DNA from: Malacoraja senta
Lineage: Eukaryota
Assembly: GCA_038087875.1 (NCBI GenBank)
Contig: CM075988.1
Location: 15,440,001-15,500,000, forward strand
Length of the DNA stretch: 60,000 nucleotides
Direction of reading: 5' to 3'
Position numbers and translations under genes: made by a program. Of the stretch, positions 37,028 through 49,200 are shown piece after piece (the stretch's first letter is position 1; each line of letters begins with the position of its first letter). A model generated the notes under the pieces. The model was given only the letters and a program-made list of their open reading frames with translations, did no database searches and was not told where the DNA came from.

Positions 37028-40000
37028 CTAAAAAAAATAGAAAACAATGATGATCATTTGGGATGCCAATTTCTGTAGGCACCATAAAATCCAGATTTTT
37101 GTTTTTGTATTTCAACAATGTAATATTCATCACAATCTTCTGTTATCCATTCACTCCATTCCGTTTTTAATTCCATAAAATTGATAAGAATGAGGAAGCG
37201 TCAGTGTATTGCGTGGAGCATGCCAGCCCTGCTGCCTTTATGCAACATGGAGTCTTCCCATCATTTCATAAGTGGCAGTGTACCTAAGGCACTTAACTAA
37301 GGGCAGTCATTGATGAATGATTTGGACTGTTAAATTTTAGTTTAGTTTAGAGATACAGCGCGGAAACAGGCCCTTCGGCCCACCGAGTACGTGCCGACCA
37401 GCGATCACCCCATACACTAGTACTATCCAACATGCTAAGGACAATTTATAATTTATAATTTTTACCAAAGCCAAATAACCTACAAACCTGTACATCCTTT
37501 GGGAGGAAACCGGAGAACCCGGAGAAAACCCACGTGGTCACAGGGAGAACGTTCAAACTCCATACAGGCAGCACCTGTGGTCAGGATTGAACCCGTGTCT
37601 CTGGCACTGTAAGGCTGCAACTCTACCACTGAGCCACTGGGCTTTAATTTGTCTAGGATTATGCAAGTTCTCGGGGAACGCAAAACAACCTCCAATCTTT
37701 TCCTCGGACATCTTCCCTGTTTGTTTGTTTGTTTGAATCGAGTCTCGTGCTCACTTCTTTGTAGACAGTTCACAATCCACTTCAGGGCTTGAGAAAGTAA
37801 TCCAGAACAGTTCGAAGGTGCTGTTTTCACAGAGACATTGGCAAGTTGAGGTGCATAATAAGGACATTACATCACTGGGCTATATGATTCAATATAATTA
37901 AATGCATGCCAAATGCTTTGATCATAGCTGTATTCAGGGCTCAGAGTTATTGACAGAATGCACTGCTAAAGGAACCAAATGATGTTTGCATTTGTGTTAC
38001 ACTTAGGATTGCTGCATTAAATGTGTGTGTGCTGCTTGAGATACTTACCGAATACACAGCTTCATTGCCGTCATTGTGCATCAGGGGGTGTCTGTCAGAG
38101 GCTGCAAAAAGCAAGAATACACGGATATTTAAATTAAACGGGATCCTCAATATTATAGAGACACAAGAAACTGCAGGTGCTGGTTTACAAAAAAATACAA
38201 AGTGCTGGAGTAACTTAAGCAGCATCTCTAGAGAATATGGATTGGTGTAATTTTGGTCAGGAACCACCTTCAGACTGAAGAAGGATTTCCAACCCAAAAT
38301 CTTCCTACACCATTGGAGCAACCCTGGCTCAGGCAGGCAGTTACTCCAGCACTTTGTGTCTTTTTTTCCAGAACATTATAAGTAGGTGCATGGAATACAA
38401 GAACAAGGATGCTATAGCTAAATAACCCAGATAGAGTACTGTGTGCAATTCTAAATACTACTATTTGGGAAGATGTGGGGGTATAGGAGAGGATGCAGAG
38501 ATGTACTCAACTGGTACTGGTAATGAGCAAAGACAAGAAAGACTGGGATTGTTTTCTTCTGAGCAACTAAAAGGAGTATGGTAATGACGACATTCAACAT
38601 TTTGTTTTCAAAGGAGAAAGTGTTTAAAGGACACCGATTTAAGATTTTAAAAAAGGACGATGGGAGAATTCTCTTACACAGCTTGTTGTTATGATCTGGA
38701 ATGCATTCCCTGAAAGAGCAGCATAAACAGATTCTGCAATAAGGTGACTGCATGTGTACTGGAAAAAAAAAATGCTATGAGCTTCGTACAAATGTAGGGG
38801 TTTAGGTCGATTTGGATGGTTCTTTAAAAACACCTGGCACAAGCACAGTGGGCCAAATGGCCGTCCTCTATATAATGAAAGCAGCACAATATTATGCCAC
38901 ACAAACCTCTACCTGTTTCTCATCATTCAACCCTATCAGCATTTTCAACTATTCCTGTACAGTTCTCCTATCCCCTTAGATGTACTTATGCTTATTGCCT
39001 CGAACATTCCGTACAGACAGTTCACATTCTTGTCACAAGTCTGAAGAATCCTGAGCTGAAATGTCACCTATTCCTTTTCTCCAGAGATGCTATCCGACCA
39101 GCTGAGTTACTCCAGCATTTTGTGTCTATCTTCACATTCTTACCACCGGATGCTTCAATTTCCCTTGAATTCACTACGGATTTATTCATGACTACTTTAG
39201 ATGCATGGGTTCTGGTGCTGCTACTGATGGATATAGTCAAGAAGGCTCTTGATTAAACTTCTGGACAATCATGTATGGACACTTGACAATTTCAGTAGCA
39301 GAGATAGACACAAAGTGCTGGTAATTCAGCTGGTCAGGCAGCATTTATGGAGAAAATGGATAGGTGACACTTTAAGTCGGGACCCATCTTCGGACCAACT
39401 ATAGAGGGGAGAGTGGGGAAAGAAATCTCCGCAGCAGGTCTGGGCTTATGATGCCACCTGTTGAATGGACCACTGAGAAGTATCCAGACCACAAATAAAG
39501 GTGGAAATGGAATAGGAAGGAGAACAGAGAAGGAATCTGCTGGTAAGAAGTCAGAATTTTGTGTGGGGACATTAGGAATGGCGTTCAAAGAAAGTTGCTG
39601 TAATAGAATCACTGACAGGTCATGAATACTTCTCACCTTGGTAAGTTCTGGGTTTGTTCTGGGCTGTTAGAGAATAAACAGCAATGCCGATGAAGATGGT
39701 GGAGGCAACACTTGCAACGATGAAACCACTTAGCCCTGCAATATCCAGAGACACCAAAGTCTTCCCCACTGTGATTAAAATAGAGAAAGAGAAAGAAAAT
39801 TTAAATTATGCTGCAGAACAGAAAAAAAATCCACACAACTGGCTTTGATATTCCTTTGAAAGTATTTAAAGTTTTGACCCATTCTATTTCTGCAGTTTTC
39901 TGCAGTGCTTCCCATTGTTGAGAACAGCGTTCTTCCTGTTCTTTCCCTATTTTCAATGTCCCCTTTCACAGCTCCACGCCTTCTGCTGCCAAGGTTTTAA

Positions 40001-42867
40001 GCTATGGAGTTCATTCCTTCAACCATCTTTCTCTGTCTGCCTTCATTCCTTTAAAATAGCTCCTAAAAATCCTTCTCTTTGGCAACATTTGAGCTTATCC
40101 ATCTCAATACGGGACTTGGTGTCAAATTTTCTTTGTTAATATTCCTGAGAAATATCTTGGGACAGTTCACCAGATTAAGAGTGATAAATGCTGGGGAATT
40201 AGTATGAATGGCCACGGAGAAACAGTGAGTAGGAATGGAACGCGTTGCAAATCAATTGGAGAGACAGCAGAAACATAAAGTGCAAATCACAAGGTGCTGG
40301 AGGAACACAACAGGTCAGGCAGCATCTGGGGATGGAATAGACAGGCAACGAGTTGTTTATCTGCAGGAGTAGTGTTTAGTTTAGTTTAGTTTAGTTTAGT
40401 TTAGAGATACAGCATGGAAACAGGGCTTTCAGCCCACCGAGTCCCCACTGACCAGTGAACCCCGCACACTAAAACTATCCTACATGCAAGGGACAACATA
40501 CAATTTTTACCAAAGCCAATTAACCTACAAACCTGCACATCTTTGGAGTGTGGGAGGAAACCAGAGCACCCGGAGAAGACCCACGCGGTCACAGGGAGAA
40601 CGTACAAACTCCTTACGGACAGCACCTGCAGTCAGGATCGAACCCTGGTCTCTGGCGCTGTGAGACAGCAACTCTACCGCTGTGTCACCGTGCCCCGCCT
40701 GTAGTTGAGTTCATTCTCAGCAGCTGCAGCAGAGTCGGTGCAGTATGGGCTGTTTCCAGAGACACATACTGAGTCATACAGAGTCATAGAGTCATAGAAT
40801 GATAGTGGGGATACAGGCTCTTCGGCCCAACTTGCCCACATCAGCCAACATGTCCCAGCTACACTAGTCCCACCTGCCTGTGCTTGGTCCATATCCCTCC
40901 AAACCCTGTCATATCCATGTACCTGCCTAACTGTTTCTTAAACGTTGGGTAGTCCCAGCCTCAACTACCTCCTCTGGCAGCTTGTTCCATACACCCACCA
41001 CCCTTTGTGTGAAAAAGTTACGCCTCAGATTCCTATTAAATCTTATCCCCTTCACCTTGAACCTATGTCCTCTGGTCCTCGATTCCGCTACTCGGGCAAG
41101 AGATTCTGTGCATCTACCCGATCTATTCCTCTGATGATTTTATACACCTCTACAAGATCACACCTCATCCTCCTGCGCTCCAAGGAGTAGAGGCCCAGCC
41201 TACTCAACCTCTCCCTATAGCTCAGACCCTCTAGTCCTGGCAACTTTGTAAATCTTCTCTGTACCCTTTCAAGCTTGACAATATCTTTCCTATAACATGG
41301 TGACCAGAACTGAACACAATACACTAAATGCGTCTCATACAACTGCAACATGACCTCCCAACTTCTATACTCAATATTCTGACTGATGAAGGCCAATGTG
41401 CCAAAAGCCATTTTGATCACCTTATCTATCTGCAACTCAACCTTCAAGGAACCATGCACCTACACTCCTAGATCCCTCTGCTCTACAACACTCCCCAGAG
41501 GCCTACCATTCCCTGTGTGGGTCCAGCCCTTGTTCGAAGTCCCAAAATGCAACACCTTACATTTCTCTGTATTAAATTCCAACACCCATTCCTCCGCCCA
41601 CCTGGCCAATCGATCCAGATCCTGCTGCGATCTTTCACAACCATCTTCACTATCTGCGAAACCACCCACTTTTGTATCATCAGCAAACTTGCTAATCTTG
41701 CCCTGCATGTTCTCATCCAAATCATTGATGTAGATGACAAACAGATGATATATTATCTTCTTCTGGAGAACCATCAACATGGTGAAAGATGTACAAAACT
41801 CATTAAGTGCTGCAAACGGACACATTCAATGGCTAAGACTTTATGCAGAGGGACAAACTAAAATTTGGATCAGTTATTGCTGAACGTTCTGGGGAAGGTC
41901 TGCAGTCGATGACATTTCTCATCGTGCATGAAGTAATAAAAATCCATCTTTCAACTCATTTAACTCTTTGCTCACAGTTGCTGATAACTGATATCATACT
42001 AACATAACCTAACTGGAATAATGGCTTGTGATGAAAATATTGACTTGAAGGATTTGTATTATATGCATTAGAGAATTTTATGAATAAAATATATATTTGA
42101 AATTAAAATCTAGTTACTTATGCTAAGGACTCACACAAAGGAAAAGGAATAAGTAGGTTGTTTAGATTAGGTTAGATTGGAGATACAGCATGGAAACCGG
42201 CCCTTGAGCTCATTGCATCCACGCTGACTATCGATCACCAGTTCACACTAGTTCTATGTTAGCCCACTTTCACATCCACTCCTGACACGTTAGGGGCAAG
42301 TTTTATGGAGGCCAATTAACCTACAAACTCACATGTCTTTGGGATGGGGGAGGAAACTGGAGCACCCAAAGGAAAATCGCACAGTCACAGGAAAAACGTA
42401 CAAACATCACATAGACAGCAGCTGAGATCAGATTCAAACCCGGGTCCCTGACACTATGAGGCAGCCTGGTTATCAGCTGTGCCATTTTGCCGCCTTTTGT
42501 AATGGGGATAGGGAGAATATAACTTGTTCTATAGCTGGTGGATTTGACTTAAACCGGCCATTCTCAGCTGATGTCAGTGCTCACAAGTTGACAGTGAGAA
42601 AAGATACCCATGCTGACCAGGATTAATGACAGAAGGCATGCAGTCAGTCTCACCAAAGTTAAACTGAAAGCAAAACTTACTGTTGACATAGACAAAGGTG
42701 TCATCATTCCCACATTTGTATTCCGCCTCGGAAGGATCAGCAGCCACAAAGATGGCGCTGCCAATATCTTCATCACCAATCTTGATCAATTGATCACAGC
42801 TCATCTTGACACCATTCTTCACAGCCTCAAATTCTGAAAGATAACAGTAATTTTGAAGACATTTTCA

Positions 42868-42965
<98 letters not shown>

Positions 42966-43495
42966 CTCTCTCTCTCTCTCACTTTTTCTCTCTCCCCTCT
43001 CTCTCTCTCCCCCTCTCTCTCTCTCTCCCCCTCTCTCTCTCTCTCCCTCTCTCTCTCTCCCTCCCTCTCTCTCTCTCCCTCGCTCTCTCTCTCTCTCCCT
43101 CTCTCTCTCTCTCTCCCTCTCCCTCTCCCTCTCCCTTGCATATTCTCCTGTGGCTGCATGGGTTTCCTCCGGGTGCTCCGGTTTCCTCCCACACACCAAA
43201 GACGCACGGTTTGTTGGTTAATTGGCTTCAGTAAAATTGTAAATTGTCCCAAGTGTGTCGGATAGTGCTAGTGTACGGGGCGATTGCTGGTTGGCTCGGA
43301 CTCGGTGGGGCGAAGGGCCTGTGTCCACGCTGTTTCTCTAAAGTCTAAAGTCCAAAGCTGCAACTGTGTCGAGGTGAATCGGAACTGGGAACATACATCT
43401 GTTACAGATGTTCTGAGCAACACAGCAGAATGCCTTGAACCCACCAACTGTTTTAGTATAAAATGATAACTCACTCATCTTCGTTGAAGCCGGGC
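36968..43495 (-). CDS. Divergent CD3 gamma/delta-like chain, copy B (exons 43475-43495, 42681-42833, 39637-39768, 38049-38101, 36968-37027; leader exon not located)
   Basis: Exon sizes 21/153/132/53/60 versus 21/180/132/53/60 in copy A, same phases, strong splice sites, no stops. Protein: PASTKM-KFEAVKNGVKMSCDQLIKIGDEDIGSAIFVAADPSEAEYKCGNDDTFVYVN-MGKTLVSLDIAGLSGFIVASVASTIFIGIAVYSLTAQNKPRTYQ-ASDRHPLMHNDGNEAVYS-HLNNDGKATYSQLAKKRFP*. Confidence 0.88.
37335..37640 (-). mobile_element. V-SINE in last intron of copy B
   Basis: Reverse-complement SINE; similar copies at 40375-40695, 42170-42490, 49230-49547. Confidence 0.85.
38049..38101 (-). CDS. Copy B cytoplasmic exon
   Basis: ASDRHPLMHNDGNEAVYS|gtaagt; 53 nt. 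Confidence 0.9.
39637..39768 (-). CDS. Copy B stalk/TM exon (no CxxC, no TM acidic residue)
   Basis: long pyrimidine tract then cacag acceptor, donor G|gtgaga, 132 nt, aligns without gaps to copy A TM exon. Confidence 0.87.
40770..41745 (-). mobile_element. CR1 LINE fragment (RT C-terminal half to 3' end) in copy B intron
   Basis: LFVIYINDLD...KFADDTK...YCVQFWSP...GLYSLERRRMR. Confidence 0.92.
42681..42833 (-). CDS. Copy B short Ig exon
   Basis: VKMSC...DPSEAEYKC..FVYVN|gtaagt; within ORF 42574-42822. Confidence 0.87.
42870..43135. repeat. (CT)n/(GA)n microsatellite
   Basis: Directly visible. Confidence 0.97.
43475..43495 (-). CDS. Copy B 21-nt micro-exon
   Basis: ttttcaatttacag|GCCCGGCTTCAACGAAGATGA|gtgagt. 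Confidence 0.8.
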   Translation of the reverse strand, partial: ARLQRR

Positions 43496-44565
43496 CTGTA
43501 AATTGAAAAGAGACAAATTCAATTTTACACTCCTTGAATGAAAGACTTGGTTCAAAAAGTCAGAAACTTGAATAAAGTGCCTTTGTGCACTGGTTAATGT
43601 TTTAAATTTAATCCGATGTAATCAAACTGCCCAAGATGCTTCATAGGAGCACTATCAAACACAATTTATCGCCAAGTCACACAATGATGCGGAACAAGGA
43701 CAGTAACACAGCGGTAGAGCTGCTGGCTCACAGCGCTAGAGATCCAGGCTTGATCCTGACCTTGTGGAGTTTGTACGCCCCCCCTGTGACTGTGTGGGTT
43801 TCCACTGGGTGCTTTGGTTTCGTCCCACGTTCCAAAGATGTACAGGTTTGTAGGTTAATTGGCTTCTGTAAATTGTCCCTGGTGTGTGGGACATGGAATT
43901 AGTGTATGCGTGATGGATGGACAGTGTGGACTCGGTGGGCTGAAGGGCATGTTTCTGTGCTGTATCTTCATAATTGAAAAGTAAAACTAAGATGTAGAAA
44001 CAAGAAACTGCAGGTGCTGGTTTACAAAAAAAAGACACAAAAGTTATAGTGCTGGAGCAACAGCAGATCAGGCAGCTTCTATGGAGAAATGGATATGTGA
44101 CGTTTTGGGTCGGGACCCTTCTTCAGACTTTTCTGAGTCCAAAGATGGGTCCTGATTTAAAAATGTCACCTATGCATGTTCTCCAGAGATGCTGCCTGAC
44201 CCATCGAGTGACTCTGGCACTCTGTGTCTCTTCCTACAGAATAAGATGCTAGGTCAGATGATCAAAAGCTTGGTTGCAGATGTTGCTGTTCAGGTGCATC
44301 TTAAAGGAAGGGGAGATAGTGAGACAGAAAGGTTTGGAAAGGGATTTCTAGAGCTTCGGGTCTCAGTCTCTGAGGCATGGACACCCTCAGGCCGTGCAAG
44401 GACTAGAGAAGCTTTCTCAAAATTCATCACCTAATTCTATGGAAAAGCCTTTGCGCTGTATCCCCACATGCATTTGATAAATCACGAAATAAGCATCACA
44501 AGGTGCTGGAGTAACTCAGCAGGTCAGGCACAGATGCTGCCTGACCCATTGAGTTATCCCAGTTA

Positions 44566-44840
44566 TTGGAGGAGCAGCACCTCATATTCCGCTTGGGCAG
44601 TTTGTACCGTAGCGCCATAAACATTGACTTCTCCAATTTCCGGTAGCCCTTGCTGTCTCCTCCCCTTCTCAGCTCTCCCTCAGCCCTCGGGCTCCTCCTC
44701 TTCCTTTCTCCTTTCTTCTCCCCCCCCCCCACCCAACCTACATCAGTCTGAAGAAGGGTTTCGGCCCGAAACGTTGCCTATTTCCTTCACTCCATAGATG
44801 CTGCTGCACCCGCTGAGTTTCTCCAGCACTTTTGTCTACC
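44566..44840 (+). mobile_element. Penelope-like element 3' end with hammerhead-like core
   Basis: LEEQHLIFRLGSL..NIDFSNFR*, pyrimidine tract, then CTGAAGA-A-GGGTttcgGCCC-GAAACGTT. Confidence 0.75.
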
Positions 44841-46099
44841 TTTACATAATCCAGCAGGATCTCTTTTCTGGCGGTCACTGTTTAAGAGACATATGTGTTT
44901 CCCTTTGTAATTTGTCTTGTGTGAGTGTCTCTGGTGGGTGCCCATTTCAGTAGAATCAGACAAAATGTGTAGGAAGGATGTGCAGATGCTGGTTTAAACC
45001 GAAGATAGACACAGAAAAGTGGAGTAACTCCGTGGGTCAAGCAGCATTTCTGGAGAAAAGGAATAGGTTACGTTACCTATTCCTTCTCTCCAAAGATGCT
45101 ACCTGACCCACTGATTTACTCCAGCTCTCTGCGTCTATCTTCGGTTCCTTCCTACACATTCTCTCTCGCACGGGCCTAATGGTTTTTGTAACAAACACAG
45201 GAAGCACTGCAACAACTTGCTTCAACCTCATCTAAAGATGCACAGAAACACAGCACCTCCACTCGCCTTGGAACACAGCACCTCCTTCTCTGTAGTTACG
45301 TTAAAATCCTGGAGGTCCCAGTCTAACTTCACTTTGGGGCACTTCCAACAGTCAGACTGCAGCGGTTAAGGGGAGAACGCACCCTGACCATTTTTAGGGG
45401 TATTAGCGAAGAACAATAAACCCGATCTTGTTACTGAGACTGGCAATAGATCTAAATCAAATGTTCAACCTTTTGTAATCATCCTTGAGTTAGATAAGTT
45501 AGATGTGGACTACAGCAACAAGTATTTAAATATAAACCAGATTGATAGACAAAAGCTTTGGAATGCGTTGGGTTGAGTTGTTCGTTCCGACTGAACGTGA
45601 AGGCTCTTAACCCTTTCGCTCCTAACTGGTGGAATGGTGGGGAGTCTGCATGAGGTGGCGGCGTGTGAAAGCCGCCCTCCGCGCCGCCCTGTGAGTAGAC
45701 GGGAAGTCAGGGTGGAGCTCAGAGCAGAGCTTGGTGTTGCTTCAATGAATCTGGAGGAGTTCAGGCTGCCTTTACCTTACCACAAGCCGCTCCTGCATGA
45801 TCTACTTACCAAGTATGCACTTGCTTAAGGAGAGGCTGCAGCTTACAGCAGGGTCTGCTGCAGTCCCACAAAATGAGCCAACACGCATATATCTCAAGGC
45901 TACCAATGATGGATAATAGATGCATGCCTTGCCAGAGATCCCATAACTCCATGTCTCTGAGGCACATTAACACTGGTCTGGTGATGAAGGAGCAGCATCA
46001 CCATTGACACTGGAATCAGCACCACACATAGGGGCAGCATTATTATGTAGAATTACCAGTCATAAGTGGGGTCACCAGCAACATACAGCATCATCGATG

Positions 46100-46232
46100 A
46101 CATGTAGGATCATCAATGATACAATGTAGGATCATCAATGATACAGTGTAGGATCATCAATGATACAGTGTAGGATCATCAATGATACAGTGTAGAATCA
46201 TCAATGATACAGTGTGTAGGATTACCAGTGAC
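46100..46232. repeat. 22-bp minisatellite (GTGTAGGATCATCAATGATACA), about 5 copies
   Basis: Directly visible. Confidence 0.9.
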
Positions 46233-49200
46233 ATGCTACATTTTCCCCATCTTTGTAACCAAAGAGCTTTCCCTCTTTCTTACTCTGGGATAGTAAGTGT
46301 ATTGGTTGAAATATTTATTTTCACAAGATTGAATTTAACCCTTTTATTGGCGGTAACGAGAGAAGTTACATCTCGGACATGATTGTGACACAAAAGGTAA
46401 ATTTAAAGTTATATCAAGTTGCAAAGGTTGGATAATTTGGGGGGGTGGAGGGGGGGGGCAGAAGAATGTGGATGAGAGGGAAAGATAGATCAGCCATGCT
46501 TGAATGACGGAGTAGACTCGATGGACCTGTCTAATGGTCTAATTCTGCTCCTATGACTTATGAACTTATAATGAGACAAATACAACAAAAACAGAAAACA
46601 TTCAGAAACAGAGTCAGTGGTTCAGGACAAAGCCCATCTGTCAAAAATGAGAGATTTCTTGCAACTGAATTTCTTTTTTTGTTTCAAATTTAAAGGCAGA
46701 AACAAACTTGTTAAAGAAGAAAACTGGAACATGGTTAGGAGATGCCACACAATAGGAGTGACTGGTGACAGAAAATAATGATAAAAGTAACTAAAGAAAA
46801 TAATGAATAGATATTTAGATATTAAGGGTATGGAGGAATAGAGGGTTAAGGTGGGAAGTGGCACTGAGGTGAAAGGTTGTATTGAATTGGGGAGAGTGCA
46901 TGAGTGATGTTTCAAGAGAGAGTTAGATAGAGATCTCTTAAAGATAGCGGCGTCAGGGGATATGAGGAGAAGGCAGGAACGGGGTACTGATTGTGGATGA
47001 TCAGCCATGATCACATTGAATGGCTCGAAGGGCCGAATGGCCTACTCCTGCACCTATTGTCTATTGTCTAGTGTCTACTTTACTCATGCTTCTGTCATTC
47101 ATGTTTGTTTTGTTCTTATTGAGCAATGACATGCAAGCTGTTTAAACCTGGAGCTGAACGGCCATGACATTATCGAATGATGGCCATGCACGATGGGTCA
47201 GTTCATATAATCCTGTCGCATTTTTGTATTTTTGTCAATGTGAATATTTCAAAATACAACTGATGCCTTTTGCCATCCTGTAGCAGGTCTGCTCCCAGGG
47301 CTTTAGATGAGACATGCACCTGCAGAGTGAAGCAAGCACCTGTTGTAGTATGAAAAGCTCATTCCAATAAACACTAACTGCCAAAGTTCATTCAGTGCTT
47401 TTATCGTCTTCAAAACCTTGTGGAGCAGGTCATCATTTCCTGGGAATTTATTGCCATTCAGTCCCATTAATTTCTCTAAAATTACTTCTCACTATTGCTA
47501 ATTTTATTCACTCTCAATTATTTCTGGGACTTCTTCTGTGAAGACAGACATAACATATTTGTTAAAATGTTCTGCCATTTCTTTATTCCTCAGTGTAAAG
47601 TCTCACGCCCCAAATGGTAAAGTTACCACTTGTAAAAACAAAGAACTGCAGATTCTGATTAATACACAAAAGGACACAAAGTGCTGGAGTAACTCAGCAG
47701 ATCAAATAGCATCTCTGGAGAATATGAATAGGTGATGCTTTGGGTCAAGACCCTTCTTCAGACCCTTCCTCCTGCATGTCTTGGTTTACTGAATTCCAAA
47801 TAGGCTGAATTCCAAATCCCCTTGACGGTTTCTAAGAATTTGCGATTACTTAGTATATTTTAAACTTTATAAATAAATTGCCCACCTGTTTCCTGTCTCG
47901 GGCTATGAAACTCATGTCTGGGCCTCTGTTTGCTGATTTTTTTATATGCATGCTGATTTTGTTAAAGATCCCATCAAGCCTTATGTCAAGTACTGGAGGA
48001 ACTAAAAGGATCAGGCAGCATCTATAAAAGGAAAGGACAGACAACGTTTTGGGCTCAGTTTTTTAAACCCAACCGGACCCAAAACATAGTCTGTCAATTC
48101 CTTCCACAGATGCTGCCTGACTGCTGAGTTCTTCCGGCACATTGTATTTTGTCTGAAGAAGGGTCTTGACCCAAAATATCACCTATCCATATAAAGTTAC
48201 CATGTTTACTTTTGTTTCTCTCTTCCTTTTTACATAAAGAGTTTGAACACAAATAGAATGTATGACCCAATTGTTTCCTTCCATTGCTGTGACGTAGAAC
48301 GTGCAGTAAACTTTCCCTTTGTAGATTTCTTGGACTGGGTGACATTGAGTTGTGAAATATCACCTCTTCCATACATTGGCACCATGATGTTGCTTTGTTT
48401 CAAGACATTTCCTTTGGGATCTACAGTAATCTTTTAAATTTCCAGAGGAAACTTTGGATGTAATCAGAGAGATATGATAGCACACAAAGGTCTGGAGTAA
48501 CACAGCAGGTCGGGATAGCATCTCTGGAGAACGTCTCAGGTTGAGGCCCTTCGTCAGATGTTCCTTTCGCTCCCAGATCCAGTTCTAATTTGAGGTTGAA
48601 GGAAGTGGAGTTACTGTATATTCTTTCTGATCTGGTGGGGAGAGTGGATTTGATTTCTCTGGAAACTGGCACATCCAGTCACTGCACACAGACCAGTATC
48701 CAGCGTGCCCGCAAACATGTCTGTCTGCTTCTGTGTCTGGGTCGTCTGGATTTATTTCTTCGCTATTCAATCTCTTCACTTTGTCTTCACTTTCAACTTG
48801 CGAACCTCCTCCCAGTCTGAGCTTGCCGTGTGATCTGCAGTTCGGTCGGCATGCTTTCTTGTCCTGTTCTCCAGAGCAGCATGGCCTTGTGTTTGTCTGA
48901 TGTTCATTTCTTTGTTATTGTCGTTTAACTGTGTCAACCCTTTTGCAGAACGGATCTGAGATTGGTTGTTCACAAAGCCAGTGTTACCACCCCTCCACCC
49001 ATGCCTTCCTGCACCCTGCCAGTGTCTGTAGCTGAACACTACAGCGAGCTGCACCTCCCCAGGCAAGGCTTCCAGCATGTTGAATCCCAAATAGGCTGGA
49101 ACTCTATCCGTTTGTTGGTTTCTATGTAGTTGCAAATACTAAATATCTTTCAAAGCTTTGTAAAGATATTGTCCATCTATTTCCTGTCTCAGGCTTTGTA

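Noticed and set aside
41088..41825. Reverse transcriptase ORFs as a host gene or active element
   Set aside because: Truncated, frameshifted CR1 fragment
42819..43265. ER- and LS-repeat ORFs
   Set aside because: Translation of the (CT)n tract
45809..45888. Leader exon candidate for copy B
   Set aside because: Good phase-1 donor but the peptide lacks a hydrophobic core; not annotated as a feature
48585..49135. Protein-like minus-strand ORFs between the CD3G/D paralogs
   Set aside because: Stops and frame changes, no recognisable domain, no good splice signals
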